Of a stretch of DNA of 64,000 nucleotides, positions 11,326 to 21,235 are shown piece by piece (position 1 is the first letter of the stretch; each line of letters begins with the position of its first letter). This DNA is from Azolla caroliniana. Lineage: Eukaryota > Plantae > Polypodiophyta. The position numbers were made by a program, and so were the translations under genes. Below the pieces are notes generated by a model, which was not told the origin of the DNA, made no database searches, and worked only from the letters and a program-made list of their open reading frames with translations. The stretch lies in NCBI GenBank assembly GCA_043228905.1, contig JBHGNT010000001.1:186001-250000 (forward strand), given 5' to 3'.

Positions 11326-14300
11326 GACACTATCCCCCTTTTAAAACGACGAGTGTCACGAGTCGTCTTGGATTGAGGACTCGGTTTGTGTGGATATTGA
11401 CGATGGAAGTCTTCAAGAAGAGCACGAGCATTGGTTACATTCTCGATCGGTTCCCAAGTACGTTCGCTGGGACTATAGCCTAGCCAATCGACTAGATAGT
11501 AGAGCTTGTTGCGAACAATCTTGGAATCAAGAATGGCGGCAACCTCGTACTCCGGCCCATCTTCAAGCTCGATCGGGGGTGGAGGTTGCATAAGACGTTC
11601 TGGGATGGTGCTCTCGTGGTAGGGTTCGAAGAGAGAACTATGAAACACCAGATGTATCCGAAGTTGAGGAGGTAGATCGAGACGAAAAGCAACATCATTA
11701 ATCTTTCCAATAATACGGAAAGGACCTAATCGCCGATAATCCAACTTCTCACATGGGCGAGTAGTCTTGATGTGTCGTCGTAGCAACCACACCCGATCTC
11801 CAATATTAAAACTAGATGGAAGTCGATGACGATCCGCGTAGACCTTGTGTATTTGTTGAGCTTGCTGGAGATGAGTAGATAAATCCGCTTGTATCTTGCG
11901 TAACCGCTCCAAACGATCCTCCGCGCACGGATTTGTGGACACCTCTGGGGTTTCAAGTACACTCCACCGGGGGTGACATCCCGTATAAGCATAAAATGGC
12001 GTAACTTTAGTGGATGCGTGGATAGAGTTGTTATAGGCAAATTCGGCGAAGTGGAGAATATCTGTCCAGTCGTCCTGATGATAGCTGAGAAAACACCGCA
12101 GATACTGCTCCAACGTTTGATTTGTTCGTTCAGCTTGGCCGTCAGTTTGTGGGTGGTAGCCGGAAGAGAGGTTACAAGTGACCTTGAGCATGTTAAAAAG
12201 GTGCTTCCAGAATTTTGACACGAACTGGGGTCCACGGTCGCTGATGATACTATCGGGGAGTCCATGATGCCGACATACTTCACGCATGACAATTTCAGCA
12301 GTGTCTTCACTGGAGATCTCCTTAGTACATGGCAAGAAATGAGCCATCTTCATATATCGATCGACCACCGTTAGAATCGCATTGAACCCCTTAGAGACTG
12401 GAAGATCTGTGATGAAGTCTAGAGCAATGGATTGCCACGGCTTGCTTGGAATTGATAATGGTTCTAATAAACCATATGGATGATGCCTTGGCATTTTCGC
12501 TCTGCAGCATGTATCACAAGTCCGAACAAAATCCTCGACAAATTGTCGCATACAGGGCCACCAGAATGATCGTTGTACTAAATGTAATGTTTTAGTACTA
12601 CCAAAATGCCCAGCTGTATATGTGTCATGACAGTTTTGTACTACTCGAAGGCGGCAAGAACCATTAGGAACATACAAAAGTTCTTTAAAGAAGAGTAATC
12701 CATCATGGTATTTGAATTGCCGATAGTCCGTACCTGGTGGTTGCGACTGTGAACACGACGCTCGAGAGGGATCAATTTGTGCTAGTATAGCTTGGGCGAA
12801 CGCATCTGTCTTCAAGTCTTCACGTATGGTATCGATAACGCGGGAATCCATAGGCATGTCAAAGATTTGTGTTGCTTGTAATCGTGCCGGTCCCAAGATG
12901 ACTTGTTTTTGGTTATCGAAAGCTGGCTCGCCGGGACGGGGTGCTAGATACGAACGCCGTGATAATGCATCTGCCTTCCCTTGGTGCCTCCCCGGACGAT
13001 ATGTAATTTTGAAGTCGAAACGCGTGAGGAAGTGGGCCCACCGAGCTTGACGTCGATTCAACACACGAGCATCCTGAAAGTAGGCAAGATTCTTGTGGTC
13101 ACTAAATACGGTGACTGGATGAGAGGATCCCTCCAGAAAATGCCTCCATTGCATAAAAGAATCCACTATTGCCAATAGCTCCTTATCATGGATTTCGTAG
13201 TTGATTTCGGCGGCATCAAACTTGCGTGAGTGAAAAGCCACAGGATGTAGCTTTTCATCATTCCCCTGTTGTGACAGAATGCTCCCCAATGCAAAATCCG
13301 ATGCGTCAGCTTCGATAATGAATGGTTTCTCCGGATCGACATGAGCTAGAATTGGAGCCGATGTAAATGCTTTTTTAAGACTCTCGAAAGCCATGTCCGT
13401 TTCTTCAGACCAGGTGAACGGTTGTCCCTTCCTGGTAAGTTGTGTGAGAGGTAGAACGATCTTTGAGTAATCCTGTATGAACTTCTGGTAAAAATTGGCA
13501 AAGCCTAAGAAGCATTGCACATCCCGTACCGAACGCGGAGTCTGCCATTCTACCACCGTTCTGACCTTAGCTGGGTCCATGGAGATGCCTTCTGACGAAA
13601 TGATGTAGCCGAGAAATTCCACTTGGTTGCACCCGAAACTACATTTTTCTAGCTTTGCATACAGACCATGTTCTCGAAGTCGTTTTAGTACTAATAGTAC
13701 ATGAGAATCATGTTCTTCTTGGGTCTTTGAATAAACCAGTAGATCATCCAAATAGATGATCAAACAATCATCCAATAGATCTCGGAATATATCATTAGCC
13801 ATGTGCTGGAAGACTGCCGGCGCATTAGTGAGGCCGAACGGCATGACAGTATACTCGAAGTGCCCATATCTTGTGCGAAACGCGGTCTTCCATTCGTCTC
13901 CTGGTCGGATCCGTACGAGGTTATATGCTCCCCGTAAGTCGATCTTCGTGAAGAACCTGGCACCATTGATCCGTTCTAAAAGACTTGAGATAAGGGGAAG
14001 AGCATACCTATTCCTGATTGTAACCTTATTCAAGCCACGGTAATCTACAACGAGACGAAGCGATCCATCTTTTTTCTTGACGAAGAAAATGGGCGCACCG
14101 GCTGGAGATTTCGAATGCAGAATGAAACCATTTTCCAAATTCTCCTCTATATAGGCCCGAAGGACTTCCAGCTCGGTTGGTGACAAATTGTAGATCGGTC
14201 CCCATGGCGGCTCTTTTCCCGGTTGTAAATCGATGGGGCAATCGTACGGTCGATGATGAGGAAGTGTGTTGGCTTGTACTTTATCGAACACATCGGTGTA

Positions 14301-14918
14301 ATGGCGATACTTCTCGGGAAGTTGAACGGTGGATTCTTCTTTAGTGGTGTTGGAGGGGTTTACTGATATTGCAAAGAGGAACATTTCCTCCTTGTGCCCT
14401 TCTTTACGCAACTGACGTAGCGAAATGGTTGCCATCTTCTGAGTTGACCCTTGGGTTTGTCGACACCGGATTTCTCTTGTTCTCCAATCTATGTCAGGGT
14501 TATGTAACTCGAACCACGGTAGTCCTAAAACTATAGGATGTTCTGGGATACTAATAATATTAAATGATACTACACATACTAAGTTATCTAGGACAATATT
14601 AATGGGCTCTGACTCTTCTAGGATATTTCCGGAAGCAATGGGACGTCCATCAATGACTACTACAGAGGCTGGACACTGGAGTTTTCTTAGGGATATCTTA
14701 TGAGCTTGAGCAAATTTCTTATCCATAAAGCAAGAGTTAGCTCCGGAATCTAGGAGTGCTAGGACATGTACTGGAGGGGTACTTTTAGTACTAACTATTA
14801 CTTGGGCTACGAACACATCACTAACTTGCTTAGAGGGAATGGAACCACTAATGGGCTGCACAGATCTAGGGCTGTCCAACCAAACGGCTCCTATTTTGGC
14901 TGGACTTAGTCGTTTAAC
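11322..14918 (-). CDS. pol: Chromovirus Pol (PR-RT-RH-INT-chromodomain), entered by a -1 frameshift
   Basis: Uninterrupted ORF of at least 1185 aa: LLDSGA, YLDD, EADASDF, HHCC, DDE core, GPF and chromodomain YEVAAILDSK...YLVDWLGY...TWEP. Confidence 0.96.
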   Translation of the reverse strand, partial: VKRLSPAKIGAVWLDSPRSVQPISGSIPSKQVSDVFVAQVIVSTKSTPPVHVLALLDSGANSCFMDKKFAQAHKISLRKLQCPASVVVIDGRPIASGNILEESEPINIVLDNLVCVVSFNIISIPEHPIVLGLPWFELHNPDIDWRTREIRCRQTQGSTQKMATISLRQLRKEGHKEEMFLFAISVNPSNTTKEESTVQLPEKYRHYTDVFDKVQANTLPHHRPYDCPIDLQPGKEPPWGPIYNLSPTELEVLRAYIEENLENGFILHSKSPAGAPIFFVKKKDGSLRLVVDYRGLNKVTIRNRYALPLISSLLERINGARFFTKIDLRGAYNLVRIRPGDEWKTAFRTRYGHFEYTVMPFGLTNAPAVFQHMANDIFRDLLDDCLIIYLDDLLVYSKTQEEHDSHVLLVLKRLREHGLYAKLEKCSFGCNQVEFLGYIISSEGISMDPAKVRTVVEWQTPRSVRDVQCFLGFANFYQKFIQDYSKIVLPLTQLTRKGQPFTWSEETDMAFESLKKAFTSAPILAHVDPEKPFIIEADASDFALGSILSQQGNDEKLHPVAFHSRKFDAAEINYEIHDKELLAIVDSFMQWRHFLEGSSHPVTVFSDHKNLAYFQDARVLNRRQARWAHFLTRFDFKITYRPGRHQGKADALSRRSYLAPRPGEPAFDNQKQVILGPARLQATQIFDMPMDSRVIDTIREDLKTDAFAQAILAQIDPSRASCSQSQPPGTDYRQFKYHDGLLFFKELLYVPNGSCRLRVVQNCHDTYTAGHFGSTKTLHLVQRSFWWPCMRQFVEDFVRTCDTCCRAKMPRHHPYGLLEPLSIPSKPWQSIALDFITDLPVSKGFNAILTVVDRYMKMAHFLPCTKEISSEDTAEIVMREVCRHHGLPDSIISDRGPQFVSKFWKHLFNMLKVTCNLSSGYHPQTDGQAERTNQTLEQYLRCFLSYHQDDWTDILHFAEFAYNNSIHASTKVTPFYAYTGCHPRWSVLETPEVSTNPCAEDRLERLRKIQADLSTHLQQAQQIHKVYADRHRLPSSFNIGDRVWLLRRHIKTTRPCEKLDYRRLGPFRIIGKINDVAFRLDLPPQLRIHLVFHSSLFEPYHESTIPERLMQPPPPIELEDGPEYEVAAILDSKIVRNKLYYLVDWLGYSPSERTWEPIENVTNARALLEDFHRQYPHKPSPQSKTTRDTRRFKRGIVS

Positions 14919-16057
14919 TCTTCTTCTAACTGACTAAGGACATCAAATTTGTTTGCTAGATCTGGGATATTAGTACTATTAGGACTATCAGATATCCCTA
15001 CTGAAATAGGTTCGGATTTAGTACAATTAGAACTAGCGACTATTTGGTTTACCTGTCTTCTTGGCCTATGGGGGCAATTTATTGCGATATGTCCTGGTCC
15101 ACCACAGTAAAGACATAGTCGATTTGTACGGCGTCGCTGCTTTTCTTCTTCGGATAATGGCCCTCGACGACGTGTAGTGTCAATCTCCATCGGAGTCGGA
15201 GTATTCGCTGGAGACGCATTATATGACTCCCTCGGAAAAGGTCTTGCTACCACTGAGGCGTAGGTGGGCTCTGATCTTGCCCTCGGCATCTGTAGCTGTC
15301 GTTCCGAACGTCGCTCAAAGAGGCGGTTGTCACATCTCACCGCGCGACTGATTGCTTCTGTTAAGGACTTTGGCTCTTCGGGGAAGGTCAAGAGTAAATC
15401 CTTGACGTCGTTGCGTAAACCATAACGGAATTGCTCCATCAACGCTTGATCATCCCAAGGGATATCGGCGGCGAGTAGGCGAAAATCTGCAGCGTATGCG
15501 GAGGCTGGACGGTCACCTTGGCGTAATCGCCGGATTTTGTTGATTGCGGTCCTAATGCTGTCAGTATCTCCGAAACATGCTTTAAACTCACCTAGAAACT
15601 CTTCAAAATTGTTGAGTAATGGAGATTCCTTTTCTAATAGTGGAGCGAACCATGACAACGCTGAGCCACTTAACAAAGTGCCTACTAAACCCACTCGTGA
15701 TGCATCGGTGGGATATCGGGAAGGATGCATTTGAATAACTAATCGTACCTGGTTAAGGAACCCTCGAAACTGCGATCGCGTTCCATCGAACTTCGTGGGA
15801 AGGCCAATCTTAGGTTCTTTATGAATCCCTTGTGTTCCGGGCCCATGTTGTTGCATCGCTACGATGGTGGCTTCGAGTTGTTGCACGCGTAACGCAAGTT
15901 CCCCATGTTGTTGTTGCGTTTGCTGCTTTTCTAAGGAGATTTGCTGAAGATCCCCCAGCAACCGTTGGTTTTCTTGTTCCAAAGCATGGAACTTCTCCTT
16001 CAAGCATTGGAATTCCGAGAAAACAGAGTGATATTCTTCAGCGCTAACAGTGGCCAT
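14906..16057 (-). CDS. gag: Chromovirus Gag (coiled coil, capsid, CCHC knuckle)
   Basis: 383-aa ORF with PTKFDG, LRQG...YAADF...FRYGL, PTPMEID and CLYCGGPGHIAINC. Confidence 0.95.
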   Translation of the reverse strand: MATVSAEEYHSVFSEFQCLKEKFHALEQENQRLLGDLQQISLEKQQTQQQHGELALRVQQLEATIVAMQQHGPGTQGIHKEPKIGLPTKFDGTRSQFRGFLNQVRLVIQMHPSRYPTDASRVGLVGTLLSGSALSWFAPLLEKESPLLNNFEEFLGEFKACFGDTDSIRTAINKIRRLRQGDRPASAYAADFRLLAADIPWDDQALMEQFRYGLRNDVKDLLLTFPEEPKSLTEAISRAVRCDNRLFERRSERQLQMPRARSEPTYASVVARPFPRESYNASPANTPTPMEIDTTRRRGPLSEEEKQRRRTNRLCLYCGGPGHIAINCPHRPRRQVNQIVASSNCTKSEPISVGISDSPNSTNIPDLANKFDVLSQLEEELND

Positions 16058-16116
16058 GGGATGAAAGAAAAGAGGAATAAAAGATTAGTAGGAAATGAGA
16101 GAGACAGAAGGTAGGA

Positions 16117-16128
16117 AAATTGGTTCAA
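16117..16128 (-). promoter_or_regulatory. Self-priming PBS (Tf1-type)
   Basis: Sense TTGAACCAATTT, 2 nt after the 5' LTR, is the exact complement of LTR 16326-16337, about 27 nt downstream of TATAAAA (16364-16370). Confidence 0.85.
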
Positions 16129-16554
16129 ACTGTCATGAACAGTACTGAGACAGAGAAGGAATTAGTACTAAACGAAGGATTAGTACTATGAGAGGTGTGG
16201 AACTTCTTCGAGAGAAGGAAGAAGTGAGCGAGACAGAGAGAAAGAGAGAGAGAGAGTGATGATAAGAAAGATATTTATTATATGAAGAGAATATACAACG
16301 GTGGCTAAAAGGCTTAAGACTGGCGTTGAACCAATTTGATTCAACATAATGCCTAGTGCCCTCTTTTATAGTGTTTTCAGGAGTAATCCTGAAGCTTCTA
16401 GAATGTTCCAGAGAAATCTGGAATATACACTAATTTCCTATAATAAAATGTAAATGAAAATAATATCCTATGTATTACGATAGATGTTCTAATGGTCAAG
16501 AGCTCGACCCATATAACCTAAGGTCATGGGTTCGAGTCTTGCCATATCATGACA

Positions 16555-19500
16555 CCAAGGAACCTTCGAACCTCCGTTTGGTTTTGGCATTCTTCTTTCA
16601 TGTCTTGGATTGCGTTCACTTTGGATGGCAAGGGCTTCCGGCCATATGCTCCACACAAGTGACCTACCACCAAGATCTCTGGTTGCCCGAATGCGGATTT
16701 TTCTCCCGAAAATGTCAAATTCGCATCTTCGAGCATTTGAAGCACCTTCTCGCAATCTTTCATATGATCCGCAACGAACTTTCTACAACCTTCCTTATCT
16801 TTCGATTCATCTTTCTCCTCATCCGAACATCCTTTTATCGGAATATCATCCAAGAATGGCATCGTGATGTTCAGAATGCAATCCTTCAAGACTTTATTCA
16901 TGGCATTCACCATATGAGCCACCGAGTTCGTTGCGCCTTGGGGTAAGGTACACATCCGCACAAGCCCGATCGGAGTCCTCATGGTTGTAATGTCCCGACT
17001 GTCGATCGCCAATTGGAATTGTTCATATCCGGAGTAGAGATCGCCAATGGAGTAGATGGACCGGCCCGCAAACGCTTCAGCAAATTCGTCCACGCTGGGA
17101 CCGATTTCGGCATTTCGAATTATCACCTTGTTGACGGGTTGAAGATCTTGGATGAATCGCAATGATCCATTCTTCTTCGGCACCGTGAACCACCTATTGG
17201 AAAAAGGAGCATTCGACGGTTCTAGAATTCCCATACTCACCTTCTCCTTTAAGAGCTCGATCAGCTTCGGAAGGTGTGCTCTCAGAACCGGTATCGGTTT
17301 CAAATTCCAAGGCACATGAGGCACCGCGAAGATCACCATCGGCTCTATAACCTTTGGGTCGGCGCATCCGATTTCTCGTGGGAAGAATGTGAAATCCTTC
17401 CCATGTCTCTCAAGCATATCGCGAAACATTCGCTCCTCTTCAGGGAGAAGGAAATCCTCCTTTCCAACTCGTAGCTTCCCCTTCGTCTCTTTGGTGAAGA
17501 CATGACCTATCTTCTTCGGATCTCTTAAGCTTGGATCGTTAGCGACTTCCTTCATCTTTTGCCAGCTATCTTCCGGTAGCGGAACCGCAACTGGCTTGAT
17601 CTTCTTATCCACTGTTTTATATTTTGTGTTGATGTCAGCTTCCTTCATCGAGATGCCACAATGGTATTCATCGATGATAGCATACATGCTGACGGAGTTA
17701 ACCGAAATCACGCGTTGGTTGTGAAGATAGCTCAAGTCCACGACGTCCTCGATTTCGCCGATGGTGTCGTTAAATGAGGCTTCTTCCATAATATGAGTCA
17801 CGAACTCTCCTTCTTCTATTATGTTCTCTTCTTTCAGCATCTTCTCGAATTCTTGTATCCAGCGCTTGTGCTTCTTGTCGGGTAGTACTAGTTTACATGC
17901 GCCACTAGGTGTGACACATGTTGCTTCTCCTTGCAATCCACACACTCTTCTTTCTTGTGGGGTCTTGTGAATTCTCGGACTATTTGTGCCCCATGCTTCA
18001 ATAGTCCGCTCTAAAAATCAGAGGATTCGCCTCCGAGACTATCTCGATTCCTTTCATGATTGGCTCGCACCGTTAGGAATTGGACCGATCTTTGGTTGTC
18101 AAGACTCTTTATTCGTGCGAAGGCTACTCCATTATCGAACACTTTGGTCTCCATCCGAGATGATGTGATATAAGGTTGCCCTAGGATGACAGGATGTGAC
18201 GCCGATTCTTGTACGAAGAAGTGTTGATCCATCTCCACATCTCTGATCGTCACTTTGACATTGGGACAAGCTCCGTACAAATCCTCCGTAGACTTTGTTG
18301 CCGCGCGAATCTTCCATCCGTGGTTTGTATTGATTGGCCATCTTCCTTTTTTGTAGAAGTCGGTTGACATGAGGTTGATCTCCGAGCCGTGGTCGATCAA
18401 GGCTACCACGGTCTCTTTCTTCTCCCCGATCTTCACCGGCGTCTCCGTTGTCGCTCATGCCCAATGAGGTCGAGTGTAGTGGTTGTCCACCATATCTTCA
18501 TCGATTTCATCTCTTGCCACCGTTATGGCATTCGTTTTTGCTTTTTGCGGCTTCTCTTCTTCCTCGTCCGATTGTTGTCTCTTTCTCTTTACAAGGTCCA
18601 CGATCGTGTCATGGAACTCCTTCGTAATGCCAAGCAATTCCCTCAAGGACAAAGTTACGTGGCTATCAAGAACTCGTTCTTCGAGAATCTTCTTTAGGTC
18701 CGTCGTCTGCTCTATGTCCGACCTTAGCTTATAGGTAGGTATGGTCCTTGTCCTCCGAGCGGGATCTTCGACACCAACCTTCATGGGCCGAACCGTTTCT
18801 TCAACTCGTATTCCCAGCTCCCCTTTTCGGCTTGATTCTCGTTCCTCCGTTTGTAAAGGTCGACTCGTCTCCGCATCGTCCTTCTTTTTGGCATTCCTTG
18901 TTTCATGTCTTTTTGATGGGCCTTGCTCTTCTATTCTCTTTCTCTTTTCTTCGACGAACACCTCGTGGTTGTCGCACATCACCTCTGCGAGTATGGTGTT
19001 GTCGTCCACCAGATCCGACCACCCAGTTATGCTTTGCAGGCTTCAGTCCGCAAGCTCTACCTCGTTCGATGTGACTTTTCCCTTCTTCTCATATTCGAGA
19101 ACAGAAGTCCAAAACTTTGCTCCTGCTCTAGCGGCTTCAGTCTTGTCTTTCCCGACTCTTATTCCGGCCAACACAGCATAGTGCATCGCATCCACATGAG
19201 TCGCATCGGCATCCTCCATAGATTTCTTCATTCCTCCTCTTCCGAAATTCACCCGTAGGGGTCTTCTAGTCTCGCTTGAGCAGATCATGTTGTCCTCTAT
19301 GTATACGATATTTTGTCGAATCGCCTCTCGAAGGCTCGCACAATCCCTTCTCATGTGGTCCATGCTATCGCACCACACGCATCTAAAGGGTTCTTTTCCT
19401 CTAGGTCCCCGACGATTCATGTTGGCTAGCGTAACCTTCTCGAACTTCTTCACTAGCTCTTCAATGATGTCGTCATCAATCTTCTTTTCTTCCACGTTAC

Positions 19501-20182
19501 TTTTTCTTGGCGGCTCAGCTACTTTCGGCGGTCTTGCTTTCTCCGTGGTAGTCGGTCCCGTCAAGTCGGTGTCATCAACCCATTGGCGACGCTTGTCGAG
19601 CCTATTGCATGCCCGCTTCACCGCGATCCAGTCCGTTATGAGCCCATTTTCTTGGGTATCATCTTCGAGAAGAGTCCCTAACTCCCGTCTATCCTTTATT
19701 TCCACGGCCTTCAAGAAGTACAAAGTCTTGTCCTCTTCAAGCAACACTTGGTCCGTATTGGGGAGACAACTAAACATCTGGTCGAATTCGTCGTACACCC
19801 TCGAGACGCTCAACTTCTTATTCTTCTTCTCTATCCACTTCATCAGGGCATGTCGAGTCATCCTCGTTGAGTCTTCAGTCACGAACTCGGACCATGTTGT
19901 CTTACCTTCTTGAAGCTCGATGACGCGTCTTTAGATGTTGTTGGCGACAACTCTCTTGAAGCTTGCGATTTGACGTGCCTCGGACACGTCCCTCTGATTC
20001 ATCTCCCTTCTATATGCATCAAGGAACTTCGTAACGTTCCTTACATCGAATTGGCCCTCGAGGTCTACGACACGATCGACAGCCTTCTCCACGCTCGCGT
20101 CGTTGTCCCGAGATCTCATCATTTGCTCGACGATTAGCATCATCCTTTCGAGCTCTCCCGCTTGGTTGCTTGAAGACGCCAT
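16555..20182 (-). pseudogene. Element C gag-protease-RT, disrupted
   Basis: ORF pieces with CVWCDSMDHMRRDC knuckle, LIDHGSEIN protease and LPQG...FLDD RT; several stops and frameshifts. Confidence 0.9.
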
Positions 20183-20224
20183 CTCCAAGTATTAATCTCG
20201 ACTTGATCCTTCCTACCGCCTCTT

Positions 20225-20241
20225 TCACGTCGGGTTCACCA
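20225..20241 (-). promoter_or_regulatory. PBS complementary to the tRNA-Trp 3' end (element C)
   Basis: Plus strand TCACGTCGGGTTCACCA matches the plant cytosolic tRNA-Trp 3' end as I recall it; 8 nt from the LTR. Confidence 0.85.
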
Positions 20242-20249
20242 CTTAATTA

Positions 20250-21235
20250 TGTCGTGAAGATCCGTCACTACGCGCGGATCGTGAGCCGGAACCGTCGGGG
20301 TTCTAGACCGGAAGGATTCAAAGTCGATACAAGCTTTGGCGAGAAAGTACTTAAGATAGATTGGGAAAGAGAGAAGTTGAGATTAAACGATTGAGAAAGA
20401 TTGATTGAAGTTTTTTCTTTGGATTTAAGAAACAAGTTACATCATCAATTTGATAACGAATTTCTTTTTCTTAATTTCATAATAAACAAAAACGTGTTTT
20501 TTCTCCTCCCCCTTCCTTCTTTTATAGATGCTCTCATGCATATGATGCATATGAGGGTACAAGACATGCATAAATTGCATGTTTGCCATTTGGCGCTTAT
20601 GTAGTACATGTGGTGCATGATAACCATGTCACTCATTTTAGCTCTCATGTATGAGAATTTACACATAAAAGTACAATGATAGAAATATAATTTTAACTAA
20701 ATAGCATGGCTTAATGGTAAGCCAATTGACTCATAACTCGAAGGTGCAAGGTTCGAATCCTTACTTCCCCTCCTTGTATATGTATAATTGTATATATATT
20801 TATATAGTCGCCGGATGCCGTCGGATCACCCCGTCTCCATCACCGGTCCGCTTTTGGTTGGCCAAAACCGTTTACAAGTAGCTAGCCCACCTCCACTCTT
20901 AGTTCAAGTTACCTTGATCTCTCTATGCTCCACACATAGACACAAAGATAATATCTTTTGCTCCACCTTATATATGATGAGAGCCGTATTTGTCATGCCT
21001 ATGTGGGATATCTCACAATTTTCTCTTTTCCTTTCACAAACTTAATACCCTCATATCTTGACATTTAGTTGTCCGTTTCTCGTGTAATAAAGTGTATTCG
21101 AAACCTCTATCATTTTGTACTTAGATATTAAATTTATTTAAAATGTTATCTTCACAATTACTGTATTATGTGATTTATACTCAATTTTGTACGTTTTATG
21201 GGATTTTCACACCATTGCCGAAAATCTTCACGACA
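20250..21235 (-). repeat. 5' LTR of element C (tRNA-like module at 20700-20772)
   Basis: Adjacent to the PBS. A box 20707-20717 and B box 20750-20760 are identical to those in the 3' LTR. Confidence 0.92.

Larger units (their letters stand above)
10890..16554 (-). mobile_element. Intact, young Tcn1-type chromovirus nested in the RT/RH junction of C
   Basis: LTRs 10890-11329 and 16131-16554 (TGTCATGA...TCATGACA; about 3 SNPs plus a GA-repeat length difference). 5-bp TSD CCAAG. Host reading EVRRFLG|ACAFYHIW is restored when the element is removed. Confidence 0.97.
8486..21235 (-). mobile_element. Element C: gypsy LTR retrotransposon nested in pol of B
   Basis: LTRs 8486-9480 and 20250-21235 (~990 bp). 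tRNA-Trp PBS 20225-20241. PPT 9481-9495. Gag-PR-RT 16555-20182; RH and INT remnants 9553-10889, with the INT N-terminal half deleted near 10243. Confidence 0.92.
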
